In this document: one piece after another, positions 10,891 through 23,747 of the stretch
Numbering within the stretch: the stretch's first letter is position 1
How the letters are laid out: each line of letters starts with the position of its first letter
Source: Octopus vulgaris
Taxonomy: Eukaryota
Assembly (NCBI GenBank): GCA_951406725.2
Contig: OX597842.1
Location: 4,650,001-4,714,000 of the forward strand
DNA: 64,000 bases
Direction: 5' to 3'
Notes under the pieces: model-generated
What the model saw: only the letters and a program-made list of their open reading frames with translations
Database searches by the model: none
Told to the model about the DNA's origin: nothing
Translations under genes and position numbers: made by a program

Positions 10891-11288
10891 ATGCTGCCAA
10901 ACATTTTGTCCAGTTTGCTAATGATCTGGGCAGTTTGCCATTTTAATAACGGTGGTTTTAAATTTTGGCACGAGATTAGTAATTTCGGTGTAGGGGGTAA
11001 GTTGAATACATTGACCCCAGTGCTTAACTGGTACTTGTTTTATTAATCCCAAAAGGATGAGAAGCAAAGTGAACTTTGGCAGAGTTTGAACTCATAGCAT
11101 AGATAGCTGGAAGAAACACCACTAGGCATTTTTTCTGATGTGTTGACAATTCTGCCAACTCACCAACAATATCAGTAAAATATAATAAAGTAGTGGGATT
11201 TAATATAATCAACTGAAATTGCAGAGCAGGGCCCAAGAAAATGGCAACTGGAATCAGTGAATATTAAAAAGTGATTGACTGTACATAC

Positions 11289-11455
11289 CAACTTCATTCT
11301 TGAAGGGTGTGAACTTGTCAGCACACCGGACATAGGATGTGTAGTGACCTCCCAGAAGTCCACCAGTGTGGTTAATGACTCCATAGAGATCATAGATAGT
11401 GGACGTTTGGCTGTCTGGACGGTTCCCTATGAAATAACAGGACATGTCAAGGCCC
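11289..11455 (-). CDS. USP19: USP19 exon (His box)
   Basis: GLDMSCYF...YDLYGVINHTGGLLGGHYTSYVR; ttgcag / gtatgt. Confidence 0.95.
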
Positions 11456-11609
11456 CTGCAAGTATAAAAAGGAGATATATATATGTGTGGGTACTATTTA
11501 AAACAGTTGTTGTGAAAGATAGATAAATAGGTAGTGTTGTCACCTTAGTAACTAACAAGTTTTGATTAAAAACACTGGAATTTTAAGTGCAAGTCTGCCA
11601 AGGCAATGC

Positions 11610-12320
11610 AACAGACACTTCAAAAAAAAAGACTGTGTGTGTGAGATAGACTCAATCATCAGTTTTGTCATATGAGGATCCAACAACCTACTCTTTCTTT
11701 GCCAGTCATAATGCTTATGTCAAATGTGACATTTAAGTCCCACAAACTATTTGCAAAGAAGCTCACAGATCCTGCAAATATGAGGATTACAGGTCAGTGC
11801 AGGTGGTATATTTGCAGCTGCTTTTCTCCTTTGCCTTGCTTCCCTGAAACCTGTTAATGCTGGTTGCAACAAAGTTTCTAACACCATTTTGACACAATGA
11901 TCTCAAAGGTTTGTGAGATCACAACCTTTTGCTCAAAGGTGTTGAGAGCTATCTTCACTGCCAAGACATTACTCTTCAGCTTGTCCTTCTATCTGAGCCA
12001 TGGTCGACCAACATTCTTCTGCCCATTTTCAAGCTGGCTGTACATGAGGACTTTGGGTATTCTTTCATCACTCATTCTGATGACAAACAAAGTGGTGTCA
12101 AATTCCAGTTTCAAACAAGTGGTGGACTATTTAATCCAGTGTTTTAAAGCCACAACACTGCTACACACCAGCATCATTTGGGATCTATGTTTTGCAGATG
12201 CTGCAGCACTAGTAGGGACCTCCTTACAGAAAGCTCAAGAACTTCTACACTGGTTTTCTGCTGCATGTAAAGCCTTTGTTTTGACCATCAGCATAAAGAA
12301 GATGGAAGTAACATATATAT
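11610..12320 (+). mobile_element. Decayed RTE-type LINE reverse transcriptase fragment
   Basis: DLCFADAAALVGTSLQKAQELLHWFSAACKAFVLTISIKKMEV resembles the FADD region of RTE RTs. Confidence 0.7.
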
Positions 12321-12423
12321 AATACATAGTTTTTTTTCATTGTGTGTATTATTTAATTTTTGATTTGAAACTCATGTGCCAGTGTCACATGAAAAGCACC
12401 TGTGCCCTTTGCAATGTATAAAA

Positions 12424-12545
12424 CACTCGTGCTGGTGCCACGGAAGAAGCACTCGTGCTGGTGCCACGGAAGAAGCACTCGTGCTGGTGCCACGGAAGAA
12501 GCACTCGTGCTGGTGCCACGGAAGAAGCACTCGTGCTGGTGCCAC
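12424..12545 (+). repeat. 26-bp tandem repeat, ~4.7 copies
   Basis: cactcgtgctggtgccacggaagaag at 12424, 12450, 12476, 12502 and partially 12528; degenerate relatives flank it. Confidence 0.9.
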
Positions 12546-13340
12546 ATATAGAACTCCCATGCTGTCGCCACATGAAAAGCAACCGTACTGGTACCACATA
12601 TGGAGCACCTGCACCAGTGCTATGTGATTCGAACCCATGGCAGTGCCGCATACAAAGCACCCGGTTCACTCTGTAAAGTTGTTGGCATTAGGAAGTGCAA
12701 CCAGCCATAGGAACCATGTTAAAACAAACAATTGGAGTTTAGGAAGCTCTCCTGTTGGCCAACACCTGTCAAGCCATCAAACCCAGCTTGGAAGAAGAGC
12801 ATTAAATGATGATGTTCCTGTGTGGTTTGTTCAAGCAAAAACCTGACAATTTTGACTCAAGGCAGAAACAGTTTTAACAAAAGAACTGAACTGTTGATGC
12901 CTTGTATGTTTGTGGCTTTAATGCAAATACAAGACTCTTTGAATTTTGTTCTGGTTCAGAACAAAAAAAGAAAGTCTCCAAAGGTTTAACCAGTAGGTTT
13001 TATGATATATGGTCTAATATGTATTGATGCTAGCCTATGTGTGTGCATATATATATATATAAATATTCTTTTATTTGTATCAGCCATTTGACTGGAGCAC
13101 CGCCTTTAGTCGAACAAATCAACCACAGGTACTTATCCTCTTAAGCTAAACTGCTAAGCTACACATACACACACACATATATACACACCGGGCTTTTTTC
13201 AGTTTCCATCTACCAAATCCATTCATAAGGCTTGGGTTGGCCTGAAGCTATAGTAGAAGACACTTGCCCAAGGTGCTACGCAGTGGAACTGAACCCAGAA
13301 CGATGTGGCTGGTAAGCAAGCTACATACCACACAGCCACT

Positions 13341-13384
<44 letters not shown>

Positions 13385-13401
13385 CACACACAGACATATA
13401 T

Positions 13402-13662
13402 ACAGCGTGTGGTGAATAAATTCTCATCACATTTTAACAGATACATTTACCAAAATTGCATAAATATACCTTGAAATACTACCTTGAGTAAATTTATTCA
13501 ATAAAATCGACATTGGCTTCAACCATGGCCTCCAGACAATTCCGGAATCTCCTGCAACTCTTCTGGTCATTATGCTGTCATAATCCTTGCCTTCAGTTCA
13601 TCTCTGGTGTTACAAGGAGTTTTGTTGGTCTCTTGCTCAGCTGTGCTCCACACATAATAATC
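13402..13662 (-). mobile_element. 3' end of Tc1-like transposon
   Basis: Minus frame DYYVWSTAEQETNKTPCNTRDELKARIM; ends at tacag next to a TA run. Confidence 0.7.
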
Positions 13663-14600
13663 AGTGAGTGGTCAGCTCGAAAATGGTTTAAATGATTTCG
13701 CAGTGAAGACCTGAGCCTTGCTGATCATGAGCGTAGTGAATGCCCAGCTGTCATCAATGAAATTAAAGACCATTGTTGAGTCACAACCATGTAAAACCTC
13801 TTGAGAACTGGGAAAAGAACTTCAAGTTAGCCAGAAAACTGCCTGTAACCATTTGGATGCAATTGGAAAATCAAAAAAGCTTGACAAATGGGTACCACAC
13901 GATTCAAATGAAAATCACAAAATGCTCTTCCCTTCTTCTCCATAACCAGACCGATCCTTTTCTCAACTGTATTGTAAGTTGTGATGAAAAGTGGATTCTG
14001 TACAATAAAAAACGTTCTTTGCAGTGGTTGAACCAAAATGAAGCACCGAAAACATTCCCTAAACCCAAGCTCTTCAAAAAAAAGGTTATAGTGACTGTTT
14101 GGTGGTGTACTGCTGGACTCTTCTTAAAACCTACAAAAACCATTGCTGCAGAAACATATTACCATGAAATTACCAAAATGAATGAAAAACTGCTACTCCT
14201 CCGTCCCAGACTGGTCAACAGAAGAGGGTCAATCATACTTCATGACAATGCTTGACCACATGTTTCCCTAATGACACTCCTGAAGTTGAGGGAACTTAGC
14301 TACGAAGTTCTCTCCCACCCAGCTTATTCCCCAGGCCTTTCTCCTACCAACTACCACTTTTTCAAGCACCTTCATGTTTTCCTGCAAGAGAAGGAGTTCA
14401 ATAATCAAACCAATGCTGAAAGTATGTTCAAAGAGTTCATCAGCTCCAGAACTCCGGAATAAACAAACTTGTAACTCGTTGGCAAAAATGTGTTGATTGT
14501 AATGGTACTTACTTTGATGAATAAAATTTCCACATTGTTGAAATATATTGTGATGAATTTCATGTTTCAAAACATTGATTACATTTTACTCAGCCAGATA
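13663..14600 (+). mobile_element. Decayed mariner (DD34D-type) transposase, 5'-truncated
   Basis: IVSCDEKWILY, ILHDNA, HPAYSPGLSPTNYHFF motifs with frameshifts and stops. Confidence 0.9.
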
Positions 14601-14618
14601 TATATATATGAAACTTAC

Positions 14619-14771
14619 CGGGTGGGGAAGTGTACCATTTTATCCACTTTGTCCCTCCAGCTGAGATGACCATATGAAAACCGCTTCAACTGTATGATCA
14701 ACATTCGGGGTAGACGCCATATAGACATCTGTTTAGTGGCCTCTCGGTGTTCTGCGCACTGGGGACAGTAC
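14619..14771 (-). CDS. USP19: USP19 exon
   Basis: YCPQCAEHREATKQMSIWRLPRMLIIQLKRFSYGHLSWRDKVDKMVHFPTR; ttacccag / gtaag; absent from ORF track. Confidence 0.95.
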
Positions 14772-15284
14772 CTGGGTAAAGACAGAGACAAAGGGTAAAT
14801 ACTTAGATATCTATCAAATCTGCACGTCCATACATAGATTTCTAGTTTTTTTTTTGTTTGTTTATGTTATGGTTAGCAAAAATGAAAGAGCTCAATAAAA
14901 GTAGTCCCCTTTTGAAAATTTCCAAGAGGTACCCCGACCCCCGGTGCATATCACACAATATCCCCAGCCTTGTTTCAGGATCAATATGAGAGAGGTTCTG
15001 TAAAAAGTACCGATGCCAGCACCACATAAGAAAGCACCTGTGCTGGCACCATTCCCTGATCTTGAAGCTACACACCCTGTTGAGTAATGTTACCCTACAG
15101 GTCCTTCTGACTGGTCCCATCACAATTGTACTCTTTCAGTAAGTACAACATTCATAACATTCTCCCATACAAATATCACTAATCAATTAAAACAAGGTAA
15201 CTGGAGGGAAAAACAAGACAGGATGGTCACAGCTGGAATGATTCTGATCATCAGTCTGCTTGGTCAAAGTTGACCTTAGCTTAA

Positions 15285-15696
15285 CCCTTCAGCATACAGA
15301 TTAGTCTCTCAAATGTGATGCTTATTTATTCATATTGTTTGGAATTAATTATGGCTTATCTTCTAGCTTTGAGATTTCAATGATGTGATTGTTAATTTCT
15401 AGAATGGCATTGAATGGAAGAAGGTCTAAGGATGAATGTAAAACAGCAAGAATATTGGGGCTGGATCTGGCTGGTCAAAACCCTTTAGCATTCAGAGTTC
15501 TCTGTCAAGTGGAATGCTTATTCATTCACATTGATCCATATTAATCATCAAAATCTCATAGCTTGAGATTTTGATGATGTGATTGTTTATTTATAGAATA
15601 ATATTGTAGGGTAAGTATGAGAGGTCAGATCTGGCCAGTCTGAAGATAAAACAGGAAACTATTTTGGCTGAATATGGCCAGTTTAAATGCTAAGGG
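15285..15696. mobile_element. piggyBac-type MITE with internal ~200-bp duplication
   Basis: ttaa|cccttcagcat ... atgctaaggg|attaa; second ccctttagcat start at 15481. Confidence 0.6.
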
Positions 15697-15824
15697 ATTA
15701 AGCAACAACAATACCAACCACATGTGACCATCATCTGACAAATGAGGAACCTGTACTTGTTCAGTCGACTTGCCTGAAATAACAGCCAAATCTCTCTCAA
15801 ATCACATTCTATTGTCTTAAAAAC

Positions 15825-16196
15825 CATCCAACCACCTCTCAAGCTTCTTTGATAATGTCCCTATGAGAGCTCAAAATCTCTCGTGGAAGCGTCATCCAAC
15901 CAAAGTACAAATATATGGGAAACTACCACCTGTATCACCTTTTGTGAAAGGAAGAAGAGTCCAGTTTGCTGGACATTGTTGTAGAGCTGAAAACGAGACA
16001 ATTTCTACTCTTCTCCTCTGGAAGGCAAACTGCCCGCGATACCAGAGGGCACACACTCTCCTACCCTGATGTAATTTCCAAGGATACAGGCATCCAGCAA
16101 CAGGACCTCCGTAATGCTGTGATGGACTGTGAAGTCTGGCGTAACATAGTAAATTCCATTGTCTCGACCACGGTCGAACAGTGATGATGATAATGA
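15825..16196 (+). mobile_element. LINE 3' fragment with (gat)n tail and 12-bp TSD
   Basis: RRVQFAGHCCR motif; tgtcttaaaaac at 15813-15824 and 16197-16208. Confidence 0.85.
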
Positions 16197-16215
16197 TGTC
16201 TTAAAAACTACTTAC

Positions 16216-16291
16216 CAAGCCTCTTCTTGGCTGAGGACTTCAGGTTCAGTGAAGAGATTCAGACAATGATCGAGTGAAATATCACCAGTAT
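16216..16291 (-). CDS. USP19: USP19 exon
   Basis: TGDISLDHCLNLFTEPEVLSQEEAW; ttgcag / gtaag. Confidence 0.93.
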
Positions 16292-16608
16292 CTGCAACAA
16301 CAACAACAACATCTATAACAAAGAGATCTATTTTGACACAAGGGTAATATACATACAAGACATTAGCAGTACAGTAGACTATGGCTGTCACAAGCTGGAG
16401 CTGTGTATAGAGGACTTCTGCTGTGCTACATAGAGCACCCACACTGGTGCCATGTATAGAGGACCTGTGCTGGTTCCCCATATAAAGCAAGCATGCCAGT
16501 GCCACATGTGGAGTACCTGTGCAAGTGCCATGTATAAAGCACCAAAGCCTTGTGAGTGGATTTGGTAGAAGGAAACTGAAAGAAGCCTGTTGTACATATA
16601 TATATATA

Positions 16609-18157
16609 CTAGCAGTATCGCCCGGCGTTGCTCGGGTTTGTAAGGGAAATAACTATATAAGCATTTTTAGAGAGTTATAGCCAAAAAATAGCCAAAAAAT
16701 GCATTAAAAATTGAAAAAAAATTAAGGTAAATTTTTTTTAAATCGTTGACACATCGTAGATATTTTTAGAGAGTTACTTCCTTATATAAAAGCGAAAAAA
16801 ATGCATTAAAATGGAAAAATATGATGGTAATTTTTTTTTTAATCGTAGACTCATCGTAGACGCACGCTAATACCCAGAAGGGCTCGATATGAATCACGAC
16901 TATAAGATACCCGCTTTTGGTTAAACTGCACCGCAAAATGTGGGAGTAGTTAGGAATCTAAATCGTAGGAGACAGACACACAACTTCACTCTTATATAAA
17001 GATGCTTTTTTTTTTTCAGTCATAGAGTTAGATTTATGAAGGTCTTCAGTAGAAAATCCTTCGAATTCTGACTCGCTGCTTGATATAATGAAATTCGTAT
17101 CCATTTTTTGTCAGAATTACAAATTTTGAAAACACAATAGGAACAAATTTCGGAAAAAAATCTTCCATAATTCACGGAATTAAAATTACACTTCGATTTT
17201 TGTACAAAACTGTAGTTGAAGTGTTTACGAAGTATAATACGTGTTTTCACGAATGTACTAAAGAGATTTGCTCTGATATTCTCATTTAAATATGAATAGG
17301 TAAATTCGGGCGGCTTGGTAACTATATATAAGTGTCGTCTGTTTATACATAAACACTGTTTCATACTGCAATTATATATACATATATCTATATATAATAT
17401 TATATAATAAAATATATACAGAGTAAAATAAAAACCAATTTACCTTTTCTGTCCGTCCGTGTGTCTTTGCAAATGTGTTGGAATGATAAGTGAGTTGAAA
17501 TTTGGCGCCTTTTTTACTAATAACAAACACACACGTGTTTGTATGTAGTTGTATGTAGTTGTATATGTATGTGTATGCGTGTGTGTGAGGAATGACACAC
17601 ACACACTCACGCACGCACACATGTACATCAATGCTTTCGGAGTGATATGTTAAAATATTGAGTTTTCTCGAATTTTGTCTTAATTGGTGGTAAAATTGAA
17701 AGAAATTTTTTATGGCATCACCCACTGAAGTACTCTGAAAAATCTTAGGTAAATTCTAATTGAAGAAATTGTGTGAGGATTAAATGGCTATGTATTTATT
17801 TGTTTTTGTTTGCTGTGTTTTTTTATTTTTTGAGTAGTGGTTTAAATACTTTCAGTTTAGTCTTCCTCAAATCACTCTGTCGCTATTTACTTTCATTTTA
17901 TTCGTTGCCCACTGTGTGTGTGCGTTTGCGTGTGGTGTAAACCAGACTAAGAAAAGCATTTGACACACACACCAGAATGTGAGTTTTCTGTAAATTTTGC
18001 TTAATTGGAGTTTAAATTTTAAAAACTGGACCTGGCATGACGCGATGCATTGTACTCTTAAAAATGCTAGGTAAATTGTAATTGAAGAAATCCTATATTG
18101 TAGATTTGTATAACTCCCAAAGGGAGGCAGATAAAATCTGCCTTTTATAATAAGAGA
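16609..18157 (-). mobile_element. Compound non-autonomous Helitron (core 16609-17002 plus 5' extension)
   Basis: 3'-CTAG with hairpin at 16609; TC-type 5' ends at 17002 and 18157; TA runs on both outer flanks. Confidence 0.7.
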
Positions 18158-18779
18158 TATATATATATATATCGTGTACATTAGAACACATTAAGAGGCT
18201 TCCAAATAGGAAAGCCTTGTGCTAGAAAGAACAGTAGAAAACTCAAACCATTAATTATGGATAAATTCTCGAAAGGATTGAAAATTAAAAACGTTTACCA
18301 TCTCCTTTAGTTCTTAGACCATGGTTTCTAACTCATTCCAGTAAAAAAATATTTACTGAGGCTAGTTTTCATCAGTAGGGAACCTTTAGATTTCAAATAT
18401 ACACACAACTAGATCCACATGTAAACCAGCTGCCTGTATATCCTAATTTTTCAAAACCACCACGTAAATGCAGTTTATTTCCAGCGACAAAGAGGATGCT
18501 GGTAAAATTTTGAACAAATCTATCAAAAAATATTTAAACATAATAACTTCAAAAAAGGACGTAAAGCAGCTGAAACTGCTTGTGATATCAACAAAACATT
18601 TGATGTGGAATTCACCAGTGAGTGGTCAGCTCGAAAATGGTTTAAATGATTTCGCAGTGAAGACCTGAGCCTTGCTGATCATGAGCGTGGTGAATGCCCA
18701 AGGTAATAAGAATTATAGAAATTATCATTACCAGTGGCCACTGGTAATAATAATTTCTATAATTCTTATTACCCTAATA

Positions 18780-18811
<32 letters not shown>

Positions 18812-19106
18812 CAATGCATGCGAGTTTTTGTCTGTGTTTGTCTCTCACCACTGCTTGACAACCAGTGTTGATTTGTTTACATCCCCATAACGTAGTGGTT
18901 CAGCAAAAGAGACTGATAGAATAAGCACCAGGCTTTACAAAAAGATAGTAAGGGGTTGATTCATTCAACTAAAATCCATCAAGGTGATGCCCCAGCATGG
19001 CCACAGTCTAATGACTGAAACAAATAAAAGGGATATATAGTACATGTCTACAAACATGTATGGCTGCTATTACCATAGTTCAGTTTGCTCTCAGTATTGT
19101 GCTTAG

Positions 19107-19315
19107 CCCTTTCGTTACTGCATTTATTTTGAGATGCTCTGTGTTTCTTTCAGTTATTTAAAATATAACAAAGAATTTAGTAAAACAACTTAATTATCAT
19201 TAAGTTAGTGTTAGGAACATAAGTTGTGACTAAGATTTGGTGGAAGATTTTAATTCAAAATTTATGAAAACAAGACATTTGTATTACAGAGCCAGCTGGG
19301 TTGGTAACGAAAGGG
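19107..19315. mobile_element. piggyBac-type MITE
   Basis: ttag|ccctttcgttac ... gtaacgaaaggg|ttaa terminal inverted repeats. Confidence 0.75.
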
Positions 19316-19334
19316 TTAATCAACTACTATACTT

Positions 19335-19685
19335 AGTAACACCCGTGGACATGTTTACAAAGTCAGAAAACAGCACAGCTCCCATGACTTTAGGAAACAT
19401 TTTTTCACGCTAAGAGTTGCTGAAGCATGGAACAAACTGCCGGCATCGGTTGTTAGTTGTCGGAGCACTGCATCCTTCAAAACTTCCATGCTTCCTGAGA
19501 TTCGCCAACACTACACCTGATTTTCTCCCCTCCATACACACACAAGCATGTATCTGACTCATACATTGTTCGCTTTCCAGACATTTGTACATTACTGCAT
19601 ATACTTTATACGCACTTTTGACAAGTTGTGGTGCACCTGAGCACTGTATACAATAATTTCATTATTATTATTATTATTATTATTA
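19335..19685 (+). mobile_element. CR1-type LINE 3' end
   Basis: Homologous to 62605-62865; (tta)n tail. Confidence 0.85.
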
Positions 19686-20297
19686 TCATAACATTGCCAG
19701 TTATGGAATACAGGGCAATTGTAGGAGAAATTATGATAAACATAAGTTTATATTACACTGTTTAACAAATTTCTGTCCTTGGGTAGCAACTATTATTTCC
19801 TATTTGCTTACCCATAGAAAGTATGAGAGATGGCTAATATTTCCTTCAAAATTTGCTTTCCTTATGATTATTCAAACCTCAAAGAATCCCTCTCAACACA
19901 TGGCTAGGATGCTCCCCAACAACTCCTGCTCATTATGAGCTAAGGGACACGCTCAAGTGGTTATGTTCAAGCAATTCTGTGGTTTTGAGCAGAATATAAT
20001 GCAATTTCTGCTTCAGTAGCTCAGAGCTGAATCTGTATGAAATATTAATGTCAGTTTCAAAACACTGATGTCCAGGTCGTCACAAAAGCACAATTTGAAG
20101 AGAATAGAAGTCACTTCCTTTGATTTCTGGATAGAAACAAATAAGAAATAACAACAATCGAAGAAAAATACAATTTTAATTTTGTTATAGTGTTATTAGT
20201 TCCTACATATGTTTCACCATTGTGGTTGCTTAACCAGAATGGATTATCATGTTTTTTGTAACTGAATGCAATAAATGAAATCCAAAGCAACACTTAC

Positions 20298-20340
20298 CAT
20301 CCAATGACTCCAGCTGAACAGTTTCATCATCATCACATTC
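20298..20340 (-). CDS. USP19: USP19 small exon (43 bp)
   Basis: ECDDDETVQLESLD; tttcag / gtaag; phase 0-1 fits neighbours. Confidence 0.87.
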
Positions 20341-20559
20341 CTGAAAAAGAAGAAAAACAATGGAATATATACATACATCTTTATTCTTTTTATTTTTAAT
20401 TATTCTTCCACTACCACTCTCACACACTACATACATACCTGTTTACACACACACAGAGTTTTCATACATTAGCATATATAAAAACCCTTCACCCATACAT
20501 CATACATGCAAATGCAAACATACATATATACACATACATATATACACACCAAGACACAC

Positions 20560-21635
20560 ACTGCTCAATGTGTAGAAAAAGTGTAGGTAAAAATTCCATA
20601 TGATGTACCCAGTGTAAGCTATGGACACATAAAAGGTGCAGAAATATCAAAGGAAGGTTAACTGGGAAGATAGTTTTTGTATGTGGCAGATGAATAGGTG
20701 CAATAAACACCAAAGATGTACAAAAAACAGATTCCATCACATGCCAGGGGGAAAACTACAAGTAGTTGTTAGTTTCTATTACTTGAGTGACCAAGTCATT
20801 AGTGGGGGGGTGCTCTTGAGAGCATAGCTGCTAGAAAAAGAATAGCCTGGGCAAAGTTCAGAGAGCTCCTACCTCTGCTGGTAACAAAGGGCCTCTCACG
20901 CAGAGTGAAAGGTAGGCTGTATGATGTCTGTGTGCAAACAGCCATGCTACGAGGTAGTGAAACATGGGCTGTGAATGATGAGGACATGTGTAGACTTGAA
21001 AGAAATGAAGCTAGTATGATCCACTGGATGTATAATGTCAGTGTGCATACATGAACAGAGTGTAAGCACCCTGAGAGAAACGTTGGACAGAAGAAGCATC
21101 AGATGTGGTGTGCAAGAGAGATGACTTCACTGATATGGTCATGTGATGCATATGGATGAGGAAAGCAGTGTAAAGAAGTGTCACACCCTAACAGTGGAAG
21201 GAACCTATTGAAGAGGTAGACCCAGGAAGACATGGGATGAGGTGGTGAAGCATGACTTCACAGAGGCAATGGCAAGCGACCAAGACTTTTGGACAATATG
21301 CCGTGCTTATGAAGACTTGTTGAGCCAAGTGAAATCGTAGTTGTGACCGATGCTAGTACCGCCTGACTGGCACCCATGCTGGTGGCACGTAAAAGCACCA
21401 TTCAAGCATGGCTGATGCCAGTGCCACCTGACTGGCTCCTGTGCCGGTGGCATGTAAAAACACCCACTACACTCTTGGAGTAGTTGGTGTTAGGAAGGGC
21501 ACCTAGCTGTTGAAACCTTGCTAAATCAGATTGGAGTCTGGTGTAGCCTCCTGGATTGCCAGTTCTTAGCCAAACCATTCAACACATGCCAGCATGGAAA
21601 GCGGACGTTAACCGATGATGATGTTGATGATGATC
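20560..21635 (+). mobile_element. Decayed RTE-like LINE 3' region with Cys-rich insert and (gat)n tail
   Basis: CSMCRKSVGKNSI-CTQCKLWTHKRC and AMLRGSETW motifs; same family at 43980-44440, 46120-46485 and 48420-50110. Confidence 0.75.
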
Positions 21636-21770
21636 CTTTGGGGCTGGAAATGCTAAAGGGTTAAACAACAAACAGGGGTTACAGGTATATATCATAGCAA
21701 AACTATAAAGCAAAAGTCAGGAGCTTTGCCCCCTTCCCATCACCACTACAAAAAATAGAATAGTACGTAC

Positions 21771-21871
21771 CAATTCCTTGGACTGGACCAATACAAAACG
21801 TGGCTGTCGGTCGTTGTTCTGCCAATCCATTGCCAAAAACTTCTTGTTCTTCAAATCAAGTGCTTCGTCGC
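21771..21871 (-). CDS. USP19: USP19 exon
   Basis: DEALDLKNKKFLAMDWQNNDRQPRFVLVQSKEL; ttgttag / gtacgt. Confidence 0.9.
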
Positions 21872-22578
21872 CTAACAAGATGAAACATAGGGTTGATTAA
21901 GTATCTGCTAGAAAGAGCATGCAAATCTCCCACATCACATATCCAATTGACATAAAAGGGAAGGATATGTTGGATGATGTAGTCCTAAATATACTGTGTC
22001 TAAAATGAATAAAGATGGGATGGTCACAGGTGGAACATCTTTGTTTACAGGTCTGTTGGAGGCTAAACAACATCTATAGCCTGCTGATAGTAACTAGGAT
22101 CCTGTACATTACATAATGTAGTCCAAGACACACTATGTCTTGTTAAAAGATGGGTCAGTCACAGCTGGAACATTTTTGCTCATGGGTCTCTTGGATTAGA
22201 ACTGTCCTGGGGCTAAATGCAAATAACCAGGTATGGCTGTGTGATAAGAAGCTTGCTTTCCAATCACACAGTTCCAGGTTCAGTCCCACTTCTACTATAG
22301 CCTGAAGCCAACCAAAGCCTTGTCAGTGGATTTGGGAGACAGAAACTGAAAAAAGCCCACCATGTGTGTGTGTTTGTCACCACTTGACAATCATTGTTGC
22401 TGTGTGTACGTCCCTGTAACTTAGCAGTTTGGGGCACAAAGGAGTCATAGAATTAACACAATGGTTTTGATTCATTAAACTAAAAACCCTTCAAGGTAGG
22501 GTCTCAGCATGGCCCCAGTCCAACGACTGAAACAACAAGCAAACAATAAAGGGCAGCAAACATGAAGTTGATTCTTAC

Positions 22579-23747
22579 CTCTGTCTTCCAGTTTCATGCC
22601 ATTGTAACCATTGATCTCACTACCATCTTGACAGACGGGCTTGACAAAGAAGAGGGCTGGTCCCTGGTCAAGTGGGGTCTCCTCATTCTGCAGTCCAAGC
22701 ACGGCTGAAGTGGGCAACTGGGTGCGGCTGAGGTGCATGCGGTCAGAGAGTAACAGTGACGCATCCCCACCACCGGCCGAGGTGGCGCCTGTCGGGGTTG
22801 TAGCTGGGGATTGGTGAGCGGGGCTGATAGCAGTGTTGTTGGTGGTGGAGGAGGAGGAGAGGCAGGGCGCAGGAGGGGAGGTGGAAGGCAAGGAAGGGGA
22901 GGAGGAAGAAGAAGAGAGAAGCGATGTCCTCTGCCACTGTTCTACATCTAGCATCGTGTCTGCCTCCGTCCGGCTGAATGGCATTAATGGCAGTGGGGAA
23001 GGGTCGCCAGAGGGCGTCAGTGCTGGCATAGTTGGGCTGATAGCAGCAGGAGGTAGAGGGGGAGGTGGGGGTGGCAAGGGAGGGGTCGAATTTGCCGTCG
23101 TCAACAAAGATGACGGTACAGTCGGCAGCGGGGCACACTTGCTGAGAGAGGTGTGTGGTGGGGTCACAGAAGAATTTGATGGTGGGGTGGGTATTGGGGA
23201 GAAGCGTGCTGGTAGCCCAGCCCGCAATCGTTCTGAAGACATTACAGAACCAGTGGTGTTGCTCCGCTTTCTCCTACCATCGCCACCACCAGAACAGATA
23301 TCATCCTCATCAGCTTCCTCTTCCCCTTCGTTCCGATAGAGGCCAGAGCCAGTGGTGGTGGTTGTGGAAGTCATGGCATCACCTCCATGACCGTCATCAC
23401 CTCCATTATTGCCATCGTTACCATCAGCATCATCGTCGTCGTCATCGTGGACATCGGCCATGTTGGTCTCTGGGTCAGCAGTCAGCGTACAGGCACTGCT
23501 GTAGGAAGCCTGGCTATCCAGACTGCTGAGGCTCCCAGAAGACTGGCTGCTTGAACTGAGCCCCGACATGGAGCAGCCAGTGGTGATGGATGATGGCAGC
23601 TTGGTGGCAGTGGTCGTGTTGGAAGTAGTGAGAATGGTTGTCGTTGCAGCTGCAGTGGACGCTGCAGCCGCCATAGACGCAGCTGCTGCTGAAGACGACG
23701 ATGACACTTCGGCCTTGACTGGTGGCTGGAAAACATTCACAGAATAT
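22579..23747 (-). CDS. USP19: USP19 large exon (low-complexity insert within the catalytic domain)
   Basis: 1169 bp open frame from YSVNVFQPP to FFVKPV...KLEDRG; ctcag / gtaag. Confidence 0.9.

Noticed and set aside
12353-12676. Repetitive ORFs / CRISPR-like 26-bp repeats
   Set aside because: Spacerless tandem repeat within a retroelement-associated tract; ORFs in several frames are by-products.
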